Below, piece by piece: positions 1-9,538 of a stretch of 64,000 nt of DNA. The notes under the pieces are model-generated. The model was not told where the DNA came from. It saw only the letters and a list, made by a program, of their open reading frames with translations, and made no database searches. Each line of letters opens with the position of its first letter. Position 1 is the first letter of the stretch. The translations under genes were made by a program, and so were the position numbers. The stretch spans positions 9,835 through 73,834 of IMG/VR virus record IMGVR_UViG_3300010885_059224. The stretch is one strand, 5' to 3'. This DNA is from a virus. Taxonomy: Duplodnaviria; Caudoviricetes.

Positions 1-291
1 ATGGACGATGCTAGGAAGAAAGTGGGGTTATTTGATAAAGATAGTAAAGTCTCAAAAGAATATGGGGTAGACCTCACAAGCGATAGATTTGCGAGTGTTA
101 GGAACAGTATCGAACAAAAGGCGGAAGACTACGAATCAAGCAGAGCAAAACTAACTGGCGCTGGAGATGGTGATGCAGCAGCAAAAAGTAACCCCCAGGA
201 AGATATGAATAAGAACCTATCCGCATTAACCGCGGAGCTGCAGGGTGGTACACTAGCAAAAGCGGTTGAACTCTTGGCCGGTAAAGTATAA
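1..291 (+). CDS. 3' end of a virion protein, possibly the tape-measure C-terminus (probably truncated by the window edge)
   Basis: Open from base 1; helical, Ala/Lys/Asp-rich; lies directly upstream of the baseplate block. Function inferred from position only. Confidence 0.35.
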   Translation: MDDARKKVGLFDKDSKVSKEYGVDLTSDRFASVRNSIEQKAEDYESSRAKLTGAGDGDAAAKSNPQEDMNKNLSALTAELQGGTLAKAVELLAGKV

Positions 292-302
292 TATTAACCA
301 TT

Positions 303-749
303 ATGGCCGCAACATATTATTCAGCAGGTGGGGGTGACTTATTTAAACGCCAAACCGGTGGTGCTTCCTCTATTCTAAAAATACCTTTACTGGATGATAT
401 AATAGGCACTAGCGGACTTGCAATTTATTCTGATGTAACAATGCAGCTAGGCGAGACTATTCAATATTTTTTAACATTTGATGACGTAATTAAATATGTA
501 CATTTCGGTAAAGGTGTAGGAAATATAGCAGTAAGTGGTGTTTTATTTTCCGATTGCTCTGGCCAAATGCCCGGAGCGGCCAGATTTTTACAGGCCTTTT
601 CTTCACTAAGAGGAAAAAGCCAGCAGATTACTCTAGGTAATCAAACCTTTACAGTAATTGTGACTAACTGTAATTTATCACTTTTGGCTGAGCCTGACTT
701 TATGGCTAACTTTCAAATGATCTTTTCTGTGGTGGATCATCAATTATAA
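303..749 (+). CDS. putative tail/baseplate structural protein
   Basis: 148 aa, beta-rich pattern; first gene of a tightly packed structural block; TATAAT just upstream. Confidence 0.45.
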   Translation: MAATYYSAGGGDLFKRQTGGASSILKIPLLDDIIGTSGLAIYSDVTMQLGETIQYFLTFDDVIKYVHFGKGVGNIAVSGVLFSDCSGQMPGAARFLQAFSSLRGKSQQITLGNQTFTVIVTNCNLSLLAEPDFMANFQMIFSVVDHQL

Positions 750-754
750 CTCAT

Positions 755-1591
755 ATGGTCAACCATTATGCAACGCTATTGCTAAATCTATCAGGAGTCA
801 ATACTCCTGGAGGAGTTAAATCTTATTTTGTAAATAGAGATTATTCCAAATTAGTCTTACCGGTTAAACTAAAGTCTTTTTACGACATTTTATTTCCGCC
901 GAATACTTCAGATTATCAGAAGCAATTTCTATGCTATAACTACTTACGCCTATTAAACTCCACAAATCTATTATCTACAGCAGTGCAGCATGACTCTAGG
1001 ATTACATACGATCTGGATAGCTTAACCGAGTACTTCAGAACTAATAGAATATCCCAGCCAACGTCAAACAATCCAAATTATGCCATTCTCGTCTTTGGGA
1101 AGTATTCCGCAACAAATAAAAATAATTATTACTACAATTCATTTTCTATAAACCAGATAGGTTCTACAAATACTATTTCGGTGTTCTCTGATGTAGATTA
1201 TGTGTATTTAAAAGGCGGTAATAGGGGAAATTTATTAAATACCGAGCTTACGATAGCTGTAACACAGTCCCCAAGTTCAAACACAAGTTCCACTGTAATT
1301 GCTGTGGGAGACACGGGGCTTTCTTTTAGTATTACAGGACCTATAAGCACATTCAATCAATCTGCAAACAAAACTTGGAAGTTCGTCGCAGAATCTCCTT
1401 TGACATTTAATTTTCCCTTATTATTTAATTCACTATCTACTCAGAATAACGTAGTTGATAGCATGCTCTCGTACAGCTATCCTGACGCTACAAAAACAAA
1501 TGAAAATATTTGGGCAGGTCATTTTAACGATATCTATAAGTTTGCAGGATTAATTAACTGCTATGTAGAAAGAGTGCACGGCTTACTATAA
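755..1591 (+). CDS. putative virion structural protein
   Basis: 278 aa, Asn/Ser/Thr-rich; 5-nt gap after the previous gene. Confidence 0.45.
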   Translation: MVNHYATLLLNLSGVNTPGGVKSYFVNRDYSKLVLPVKLKSFYDILFPPNTSDYQKQFLCYNYLRLLNSTNLLSTAVQHDSRITYDLDSLTEYFRTNRISQPTSNNPNYAILVFGKYSATNKNNYYYNSFSINQIGSTNTISVFSDVDYVYLKGGNRGNLLNTELTIAVTQSPSSNTSSTVIAVGDTGLSFSITGPISTFNQSANKTWKFVAESPLTFNFPLLFNSLSTQNNVVDSMLSYSYPDATKTNENIWAGHFNDIYKFAGLINCYVERVHGLL

Positions 1592-1598
1592 TAGTTTT

Positions 1599-3281
1599 AT
1601 GCCTAAACAATCAGATGTAACATTATCGGTATCTCCTCTTCCTGGAGTAACACCTATAGGAGTTAGCCTTAACTTTAGTGTGGGAGCTATTCCGGTTTGT
1701 GCTGTTGACTTCGCCCCAGCGTATCCGGGACAACCCGCGAAAATAAGCGGAACCGCAGCGGGAATATTAACAAATCCAGATCAGTTTAAACGCCAAACAC
1801 CTATAGAAGTTTCAATTAGTGTTAAGACTACCTCTGGCGCGGGACAAACCACTACACACAGATTAAATTGGGAGGGATTATTAGACGGGGTGAGTTTAAG
1901 TAATAACGTAGGCAGTAATACTTATCAGGCCGTGCTAAAGGGCAAAGCCCAGACCCTACTAGAGTTAACTACCCTCACCCCAGGACTAACCCCAACATCT
2001 GTAAATATATATAAAAATCCATTCTTCTCTCTGCTTGTCTCCTCTGACGATAAAGACCCTAATGTAGAAAAAGCATGGGCGAGTCTTGGTTTTTCCGGTG
2101 CTTTAAAGTTTGAAGAAAGCCCATTAAAGTTTTACTTAAAATTAATGGAACACCTACTAAAACTTCAACAGGGAGGTTTTAGTAATTATTTAGGTGACCA
2201 GCAATCAGTAATGTCGACCAAGGCGCTGGAGAAGATATATAACGAACAAAGGTATTCTAAAGCCATACAAACAGGGATTGAATTACTAAAAAAAATAGAT
2301 ACCTCCGCAGTGGACGGCGGGTCTTTAGGTTCAATGACAACCTCATATCAAGGAGCGTCAGCAAAGATAAAAGAATACTTTTTCAGGGGGTCAAATGTAC
2401 TTCTAGAAAATCTAATGAACTTTTTAAGTTTTTTGGGGTGTACCCTAGTCTTTGGGAATAACAAAATTTTTGTAGTCCCGGAGAGATCATTTATTTTACA
2501 GACACACGAGGTGCCTGGTATAAAATCCCAGTCCGACAGACCTAATGTGGCTTACCCGGCAGATTACAACGGATACTCATACACTGACAATGGTTATAGA
2601 GATATTTACGCGGTGATACTCGCGAACAAACTACCATTGAATGGATCAGAGTATATTAATCTTCCCCATGACCCTGGGCTCGTTGGGTACTACAAAGATA
2701 AAAATGAATTAACAAAAGCCTCTGGTGTTTTAGTAGTTCAGGAGCATCCATTTTCATTATTCTACTCCACAACACATAACAACCCCCGTGATTCGCATGA
2801 GTTAAAACAAAAAGCTGATCAGGGAAAAGAAACCTCATATTATGACAAGCCGCACAAGTGGAGAGGTAACGAAGAACAAGAAAATCAACAAAAGAGAGCA
2901 GAAGAAAAACAAAAAAACTACACTCAGATAGTTTCGCCTGTGCTTGAAAATTATGCCCAGATTAAATTTTATCAAGCCAGATATGGAGATAGAAAGGGCA
3001 GCATAACACTATCTTTTAACCCGAACTGGGTTCCTGGAGCTAGCGGTACTTTATTCGTGAGAGAAACAAAGTTTAATTTAGACTTCTGGGTAGAGAGTGT
3101 TACCCATAGGGTAGACATGACACCTCCAGCGGGCGGCTCCGCAATGACAATAGTTAATTTTTGCTGCGGCAGGATGGGCACAAGTCCTGTGGGTGTTAGC
3201 GAAGACGGGTTTACAGGGTACAATAAAGGAAAAGAATCCTCCTTTAAAACATCTTTTATTCAAGATATAAGAGCTATTTAA
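1599..3281 (+). CDS. putative baseplate hub-like protein
   Basis: 560 aa; the C-terminal 'GSITLSFNPNWVPG...FWVESVTHRVD' resembles the beta-barrel end of hub (gp27/gpD-like) proteins; baseplate context. Confidence 0.45.
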   Translation: MPKQSDVTLSVSPLPGVTPIGVSLNFSVGAIPVCAVDFAPAYPGQPAKISGTAAGILTNPDQFKRQTPIEVSISVKTTSGAGQTTTHRLNWEGLLDGVSLSNNVGSNTYQAVLKGKAQTLLELTTLTPGLTPTSVNIYKNPFFSLLVSSDDKDPNVEKAWASLGFSGALKFEESPLKFYLKLMEHLLKLQQGGFSNYLGDQQSVMSTKALEKIYNEQRYSKAIQTGIELLKKIDTSAVDGGSLGSMTTSYQGASAKIKEYFFRGSNVLLENLMNFLSFLGCTLVFGNNKIFVVPERSFILQTHEVPGIKSQSDRPNVAYPADYNGYSYTDNGYRDIYAVILANKLPLNGSEYINLPHDPGLVGYYKDKNELTKASGVLVVQEHPFSLFYSTTHNNPRDSHELKQKADQGKETSYYDKPHKWRGNEEQENQQKRAEEKQKNYTQIVSPVLENYAQIKFYQARYGDRKGSITLSFNPNWVPGASGTLFVRETKFNLDFWVESVTHRVDMTPPAGGSAMTIVNFCCGRMGTSPVGVSEDGFTGYNKGKESSFKTSFIQDIRAI

Positions 3282-3284
3282 AAT

Positions 3285-3920
3285 ATGAATAACACAGACA
3301 TAAACAAATTATTAGTAGAACATAGAAAATTAATAGACTCTGAAGCTAAAAAGTATTCTACTAATATTCCTTTTATTACGGCTCAAATAGAAGCGCATAA
3401 ATTGGCAAGGCAGGCTGCAGAGTCGTATGCACCCACTACAGGCAAGTTCAGTACCCATCTAGTGAATAACCTTAAAAAGTTATCTAGGTTATCTACACAA
3501 TATGGTAGCTCTGTCAGACTCCCAGAAAATACTCAATTTGGAATAAATAAATTAAATAACCTGGAAAAACAGCTAGAGAGCGAATTTGGTCGTCCTCCTA
3601 CTGCAGAAGAATTAGCGGATAATTCAGGTATGGGTATAAAAACGGTTAATAGCTTACTTAAAAACAGAAAGTCTATAATTTCTTTTACAAATATGTTAAA
3701 CACCCCCACAATAATGGATAGCTCGAACGACGAATGGGCAACCTTCGTATATCACGACCTTGTACCAAAAGATAAACTGATATTCGAACATATGACTGGA
3801 TTTGGCGGTAAGCCAGTTCTAGACACACCAGGTATATCTAAAAAGCTAAAAATTTCAGAACCTCAAGTAAACCAGAGGATAAAAATAATAAGTGATATGC
3901 TTAATAAAGGATGGAAATAA
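3285..3920 (+). CDS. RNA polymerase sigma-70-family factor (group 3/4-like)
   Basis: Region-2-like 'GKFSTHL', region-3-like 'LESEFGRPPTAEELA', and region-4-like HTH 'LVPKDKLIF...ISKKLKISEPQVNQ'. Confidence 0.8.
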   Translation: MNNTDINKLLVEHRKLIDSEAKKYSTNIPFITAQIEAHKLARQAAESYAPTTGKFSTHLVNNLKKLSRLSTQYGSSVRLPENTQFGINKLNNLEKQLESEFGRPPTAEELADNSGMGIKTVNSLLKNRKSIISFTNMLNTPTIMDSSNDEWATFVYHDLVPKDKLIFEHMTGFGGKPVLDTPGISKKLKISEPQVNQRIKIISDMLNKGWK

Positions 3921-3921
3921 T

Positions 3922-4335
3922 ATGATCGCAGATACTTTAGAAAAACTAGTTGAAAAAATTAAAGACTGGCTGGAAACTGACGCCCCGACTTCTATGTATC
4001 AATCAGGGCAACCAAGAAAATGGTTTTTATCTTCTGTGAAATACAAAGATACTTTGAAGATGGAAGATATGCGAAAAGCCACAGATAGAGAAAAATTAAA
4101 CAGCGAATATAAAACTAGGTTTGAAGAAAACGATCCAAAGTCTAGAAAAGGTATATCCGCCCTAAAGTTAGAAATTAGCCAGTTATACTCATTTAATAGA
4201 TGTCTTATTCAAAGATACCAACCCAGGCTGCAATATTATCGTGCAGATTTATCTCAAAAAGGGGCAAGAAACATATATAACTCTTGGCAGTCTATCGCAG
4301 TATTCTTGAAGTTTAAACAAAAGTTAGACGTATAA
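3922..4335 (+). CDS. hypothetical protein
   Basis: ORF 3892-4335; ATG at 3922 preferred because it forms the TAA-T-ATG junction used repeatedly in this genome. Confidence 0.6.
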   Translation: MIADTLEKLVEKIKDWLETDAPTSMYQSGQPRKWFLSSVKYKDTLKMEDMRKATDREKLNSEYKTRFEENDPKSRKGISALKLEISQLYSFNRCLIQRYQPRLQYYRADLSQKGARNIYNSWQSIAVFLKFKQKLDV

Positions 4336-4336
4336 T

Positions 4337-4816
4337 ATGGCTATTTCTGGAATCTCCACAAGCTATTCAGGCAGAACTGTAGATGTTAGCATTTTGCGTA
4401 CACCTAACCCTAAAGCTATAACACCAACTGCGGTAGCCCCTGTTTTTGGTAACCCATCGCAGCTATGTGCCGGAACTCAAAAGTTGGTGCAGCGCTACAC
4501 TATAATACTGTTGAGTAATACTAATTCCCAGCCCGGCTACCCAGACTTTGGTACGGCCTTTTTAAAAACGCTAAACCAGGGCTTGTCTCCCGTTGATGCA
4601 ATTGGTGCTCGTCAGATATTCTCGTTGGCGGACTACAATGCAGTTAATGTTATACAAAGATATCAAATAACAAACCCAACTATCCCCCTGGACGAGCAAC
4701 TAGAGAGTACTGAGTTATTAGACCTTACACTATACGCAGGATCTATTAGTTTTTCTGTAAAGTTAACAACATTGGCTGGAGATGCAGCTAACTTTCTGTT
4801 ACCCTTACCTATATAA
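4337..4816 (+). CDS. baseplate wedge protein, gp25-like
   Basis: 159 aa; 'QKLVQRYTIILLS...PDFGT' and 'PLDEQL' match the gp25-like pattern; immediately precedes the baseplate-J-like gene. Confidence 0.65.
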   Translation: MAISGISTSYSGRTVDVSILRTPNPKAITPTAVAPVFGNPSQLCAGTQKLVQRYTIILLSNTNSQPGYPDFGTAFLKTLNQGLSPVDAIGARQIFSLADYNAVNVIQRYQITNPTIPLDEQLESTELLDLTLYAGSISFSVKLTTLAGDAANFLLPLPI

Positions 4817-4818
4817 TT

Positions 4819-6435
4819 ATGAGTGAATTAATACAAGATACCGCCAATAGGATTACTAAATTCATATCCGAAAACTATAGCAACGCAGACACCGCACCAG
4901 GCTCTGTCATTAGCGAGCTAGTTGTAAAGCTGGCTGCCTCTGTTCAAAATGAGCAATATAACACGATTGCCACCCTTTCTCAGTCCTCTGCGATTAGTCA
5001 GGCATTGGCGAGCACTACTGATACATATAGCCCCATCGTGGATCTGATTGCCTCTAACTATAATACAGAGCGTAACAAAGGAACATACTCTACAGGCAAT
5101 ATTCAGGTATATGTTTCTTACTTTGGGAATTACGCAGTTCCGAACACGCTTTCATTTATTCAACCCACACTAGGGCTCACATATAATGTTACTGAGTTAT
5201 TCAGAATTTCCCCCACACCTAACACAGCATTAGGAGAGCTTCAGTTATATACTGAGGGAGAAAAATACTATTTTATTTTACCAGTGGTCGCAACGGAAGT
5301 TGGGTATAATTCGCAAGTCTCTTCCGGCACCACATTCTCGTTAACTGAAACAGGGGCAACAATAACCAACTTTGTGTCTGCTCAAGCTTATGGTAATTTT
5401 ACATCTGCGTTACCAGAGCAAACAGATAAACAGTTGATTTCTAGGTTTAAAAACACACTAGGAAGTACTAGGTTTGAATCTCCTGCAGGTATTCAAAATA
5501 GACTCTCTAATATTTATCCTACGTTTCAAACGCTGTCTGTTTGTGGGGCTAACAATATAGAAATGACCAGGTCTAAAAATAACGCTATGGGTATTTCTAC
5601 ATTTGGCATGGCTGATGTGTACGTCAGAAATTGTGTAGGTGCGGAAACGTATAGCGCCACAGTAGTGGGAAAGAAAACAGCAGACAAAACATGGGTTTTA
5701 AACCTCGATAATAGCTATTGCGCCGGATTCTACAGAGTATTTTCTATAATTCCAGACTCGGCCCAGTTAACAGGAGGTACATTCCCAATTACTGATGTTA
5801 CATATGGTTATAGGACATTTGAATCAGGAATAAACAACGTAATCAATAGCTATAGGGATGCCCGCTTTACAAAGTACCAAACTGCCAAAGTTACGTTTAC
5901 ATACGACGAATCCCCTACGCTACCTATAGGAACAACCGCAAATTTTGTGGTTTCCACATACTATCAACCACATATAGGAGATATCCAAGATCTGGTAACC
6001 TCTAGTGCTGAAAGGTTGGCCTGCGCAGATTATCTCGTTAAAGCTGCCCTTCCATGTTTTGTGGTGTTAGATCTAACCTTAGCAAAAGCCAACCCCAACG
6101 ATAATTATACATCGCTTAATATAAATCAGCTTAAACAAGATTTGTTTACATATATAAACACAATACCGTTCGGAGAAACAGTTCATGCATCTAAAATAGT
6201 AACGATCTGCCATAACTATAATATCTCAAGAGTAGAGCTACCGATCAATATGACGGGTAATATTCTTTGTAATGATGGCACTTCTTTAACAATTAAAGGA
6301 AACGACTATCTAGAGATCCCAACAAATATACCGCTTGGAGTTTCCCCTAAAACAACACAGTTTTTTATAAATTACTACGATACTTCGGTTGGTGGTACGA
6401 ACGTTGTTGATAACATAGGTGTAACGTTAATCTAA
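4819..6435 (+). CDS. baseplate J-like wedge protein
   Basis: 'PGSVISEL', 'NYNTERNKGTYSTG', 'VVATEVGYNSQV', 'EQTDKQLISR' and 'GMADVYV' are typical baseplate-J segments. Confidence 0.75.
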   Translation: MSELIQDTANRITKFISENYSNADTAPGSVISELVVKLAASVQNEQYNTIATLSQSSAISQALASTTDTYSPIVDLIASNYNTERNKGTYSTGNIQVYVSYFGNYAVPNTLSFIQPTLGLTYNVTELFRISPTPNTALGELQLYTEGEKYYFILPVVATEVGYNSQVSSGTTFSLTETGATITNFVSAQAYGNFTSALPEQTDKQLISRFKNTLGSTRFESPAGIQNRLSNIYPTFQTLSVCGANNIEMTRSKNNAMGISTFGMADVYVRNCVGAETYSATVVGKKTADKTWVLNLDNSYCAGFYRVFSIIPDSAQLTGGTFPITDVTYGYRTFESGINNVINSYRDARFTKYQTAKVTFTYDESPTLPIGTTANFVVSTYYQPHIGDIQDLVTSSAERLACADYLVKAALPCFVVLDLTLAKANPNDNYTSLNINQLKQDLFTYINTIPFGETVHASKIVTICHNYNISRVELPINMTGNILCNDGTSLTIKGNDYLEIPTNIPLGVSPKTTQFFINYYDTSVGGTNVVDNIGVTLI

Positions 6436-8945
6436 TGGACTTAGGGTTTTTATCTTCTTCATATCCTGCCGGAGATTATACAAATAGAGATAATTTGTTT
6501 ATGTCTCTTGGGTCGTTTTGGACTCAGGTATTTCAAGAGCAGGGAACACTCAGGGGATATACCCTAGCCATGGCTGAAGAACTTATTCAGAGTTATTATA
6601 ACTTAATAGATATCTTAAACTCATATTCAGTTAAAGATGTACCTGTACTAGCGAGAACCAAGTGGCAACCACTTGTTATAAAAAAATCAGAGTTTAACCA
6701 TGTACCTATTCAGTTTGCCCCTGCCTCTGTGGTTTTTGGTGCTCAGCCGGCTAGTGACTCTTATTACGCTGGGCAAACATTCCTTTTTGGAAAAGCTAAA
6801 ACACCATTTTCTTGGGTTTACAGTCTAGCACCCAATACTCCCCTGAGAAAGTTTTCCGTGGTTGCTGATCGTGTGATTGGTCCCAAAGCTATATATGTTA
6901 ACGGAGTGGATGTAATAATAGATCCATCTAATGTATTATATTTTAATTCAGACCCATTCCAAAACTCAAGTATACCTAGAGCGGCGATAATAAATGATAA
7001 TGGTACCCCTGCAACATTTGTTGATAATAATGGCGATAAACATAACGATGAATTAATTATTCTTTGGTGCTACAACGCGGAGAATGACAAAAATTATCTA
7101 TACGATAACTTCGGTATACTATTTGATTTTAAATTACCTTCATCAGAAAAATACAAAGCCATGCTCCAGGGCGTGTTTAACTTGTTTGTCTCGGGTCCTA
7201 CCGTCAATGCGATTAAATCCGTTATGGCTGCGTTTACTGGGGTTACCCCTGTTGTAAATACACAAGAAACCATACAGGACGTTTATTCTGATAACATTTA
7301 TAAATACGTAATTACGGATAAAGAAGTTTATCGGTTCGACAAAGACCAAAATTTAATGCCTGGAGTTAAGGCTGGTAAAGTCGTATACGGTGGTGAAATT
7401 CTTGTGGACGTCGTGCAATATTATGACGCATTAATAAAACCTAATTGGTGGAGCTCTGTTTCAAGTGCTCCGCAAGTTGGACTATCTACTCATATATTCC
7501 TAGGGGATTATAAACATCAACTGTTTTTCTCCACCTCAACAAGTCTAGTAACTTTAGATGCGAAAGGAAAAATAGTTTTTCCTGTACTGGGTACCCCTGG
7601 GGATGTTTTGGAGTTTAATAAGTTTATTAACCGTCCAGAAAACATAAACGCTAATAAAAAAGCGCTAGGTTTAAAAAATCCAGGAAACACAGCAGTTATT
7701 GTACCCGCGGATTTTATATTTAATAATTTTATTAAAAATAACACAGCACTGCTTAAATTTAATTTTTACAGTCCTGCGGATGTTTCTACATTTTTTAGCT
7801 ATTATCCATTACTTCAAAAATACCTACCAGCCCATATATACACATTGTTGTATGTAAATTTAAATTTGTCTGCTGACGTTTATGGCAATATGAATTCAAG
7901 ATACTCGATCCCGGCTCTTCCTGGAGTTTCTCTAAGTGTAGATGGATCTAACTCAGACGGAACCAGACCCACAACTGGGGTCGGAGATTCTAACTATTAC
8001 AAGGACTATAAGAGCAGGCTTTTTTCACTAAGTAAAACACCTAGCACATCAAATGCGGGTATAGTGCAAACTTCAACACTGAATGGCACTAACCAGTTTT
8101 TTAGCATACCTAATAATTCTACTATTGTACCTAGCGGAAGCTTTACATTCGCGGGATGGTTCAACGCGACCTCAACCGGAACCGGTATTGTTAGTATTAT
8201 AGGTGGGGGAGGAAGTAATAATTATTTCATTAGAACTAGGTCTAATAATCTACGTATTGATCTTTATGATAGTGCAAGTACGTATCAACAGGCATCTACT
8301 CCTGTAGGCTCGGTCGTTACAGGCAACTGGTACTTTTTCGCTGCAGGTTTTAATTCTTCTACTAGAGTAGGATTTATATCTCTTAATAATGGGGCTGTTG
8401 TTAGTACACCTCAGCTATCAACATCTTCGGTTTACTATAACCTCTCCGCACCTGGCACATTTACAATAGGTTCAGCTTTTGGTGGAGCTGCCCAGGCATG
8501 GCCAGGAACAATATCCTCTATAGGTTATTGGAATACTGTGCTTACAGCTAATCAAATCACCGCATTATATAATAATGGTACAGGATTAACTTTATCCCCC
8601 GCATTAGCTGCGGGGTTGGGTCAAAACCTAGTCTCATGGTGGGAGTTGGACGATGCAGCAGGGTCTACAAGTTATATTGATTCTGCTCCGTATGTTTCAG
8701 GGGTATCAGGAAATAATCATTTAACTGCAAATAATGGGCCTTTTGTAACCTCCTCAAGAAGTACAAAGATAGCTATTCCACTACACTCAGCGAGTAGCTT
8801 AGATCAGTTTACACTAACAAATACCCAAAGAACTGCTGGTATTCCTAGGGCATTTGATGGTAAAGTTTTTACAAGTATTCCAGCCACTAATCCGCCTCCA
8901 ACAAATGCCACAGTTCCTACTGTGTTATTGATAGACTTTTCATAG
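6435..8945 (+). CDS. baseplate wedge protein with an inserted LamG/concanavalin-like domain
   Basis: 836 aa; TAATG overlap with the previous gene; LamG hallmarks 'SFTFAGWF', 'GNWYFFAAGF', 'TISSIGYWNTVLTANQITALYNNG', 'LVSWWELDD'. Confidence 0.7.
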   Translation: MDLGFLSSSYPAGDYTNRDNLFMSLGSFWTQVFQEQGTLRGYTLAMAEELIQSYYNLIDILNSYSVKDVPVLARTKWQPLVIKKSEFNHVPIQFAPASVVFGAQPASDSYYAGQTFLFGKAKTPFSWVYSLAPNTPLRKFSVVADRVIGPKAIYVNGVDVIIDPSNVLYFNSDPFQNSSIPRAAIINDNGTPATFVDNNGDKHNDELIILWCYNAENDKNYLYDNFGILFDFKLPSSEKYKAMLQGVFNLFVSGPTVNAIKSVMAAFTGVTPVVNTQETIQDVYSDNIYKYVITDKEVYRFDKDQNLMPGVKAGKVVYGGEILVDVVQYYDALIKPNWWSSVSSAPQVGLSTHIFLGDYKHQLFFSTSTSLVTLDAKGKIVFPVLGTPGDVLEFNKFINRPENINANKKALGLKNPGNTAVIVPADFIFNNFIKNNTALLKFNFYSPADVSTFFSYYPLLQKYLPAHIYTLLYVNLNLSADVYGNMNSRYSIPALPGVSLSVDGSNSDGTRPTTGVGDSNYYKDYKSRLFSLSKTPSTSNAGIVQTSTLNGTNQFFSIPNNSTIVPSGSFTFAGWFNATSTGTGIVSIIGGGGSNNYFIRTRSNNLRIDLYDSASTYQQASTPVGSVVTGNWYFFAAGFNSSTRVGFISLNNGAVVSTPQLSTSSVYYNLSAPGTFTIGSAFGGAAQAWPGTISSIGYWNTVLTANQITALYNNGTGLTLSPALAAGLGQNLVSWWELDDAAGSTSYIDSAPYVSGVSGNNHLTANNGPFVTSSRSTKIAIPLHSASSLDQFTLTNTQRTAGIPRAFDGKVFTSIPATNPPPTNATVPTVLLIDFS

Positions 8946-8967
8946 CCTTAAAGTATAATAAGAAAAT

Positions 8968-9531
8968 ATGGGATCCCTAGAAAAAAATAATTTAAACAAG
9001 TCAATATCTGGCTTTGTGAAGATTTGGAAATCCTGTCCAGTCACAGGGGAATCTGAATTAGTAGTAGACCAACCTAATCTAGTTTTATACGGTGGAGCCA
9101 CAGTTATGGCTAATGCATTAGCGGGTGTGCCCAATGCTGGTATCTGGGGTATGTACATAGGCTACAATAACAGCTCGTCGTTCACCCCGCCAACCATAGA
9201 TGTAGCTTATTCTCAGCCATTTGCGGGGTTTACAGCACCATTCGGGTATCTTAGAGAGCCTTTAACGTTCACCCCAACCTATCTTTCAGACCCTAATTAT
9301 AAGAATAATACGGTTTTATTCAGCACAATGATCACATCTTCGTCTGCTGCCGCTGGTGCTCAATTTTTAGGTGGTTCTAGTAATATTTATGAGGTGGCCT
9401 TGGTTAGTGCCCCTAATCCTACAAATTTAGCTACTGATATAGTTTTTTCTAGAACATCTTTTAATAAAGTAAATTACGATTCTACATTTAACTTTACAGT
9501 GACCTGGGGAATTAAATTCCTCGTAAACTAA
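8968..9531 (+). CDS. putative baseplate/tail-collar protein
   Basis: 'NLVLYGG', 'IYEVAL', 'VFSR...FTVTWGIKF' resemble tail-collar/fibre-attachment N-terminal domains. Confidence 0.55.
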   Translation: MGSLEKNNLNKSISGFVKIWKSCPVTGESELVVDQPNLVLYGGATVMANALAGVPNAGIWGMYIGYNNSSSFTPPTIDVAYSQPFAGFTAPFGYLREPLTFTPTYLSDPNYKNNTVLFSTMITSSSAAAGAQFLGGSSNIYEVALVSAPNPTNLATDIVFSRTSFNKVNYDSTFNFTVTWGIKFLVN

Positions 9532-9538
9532 AATAGCC

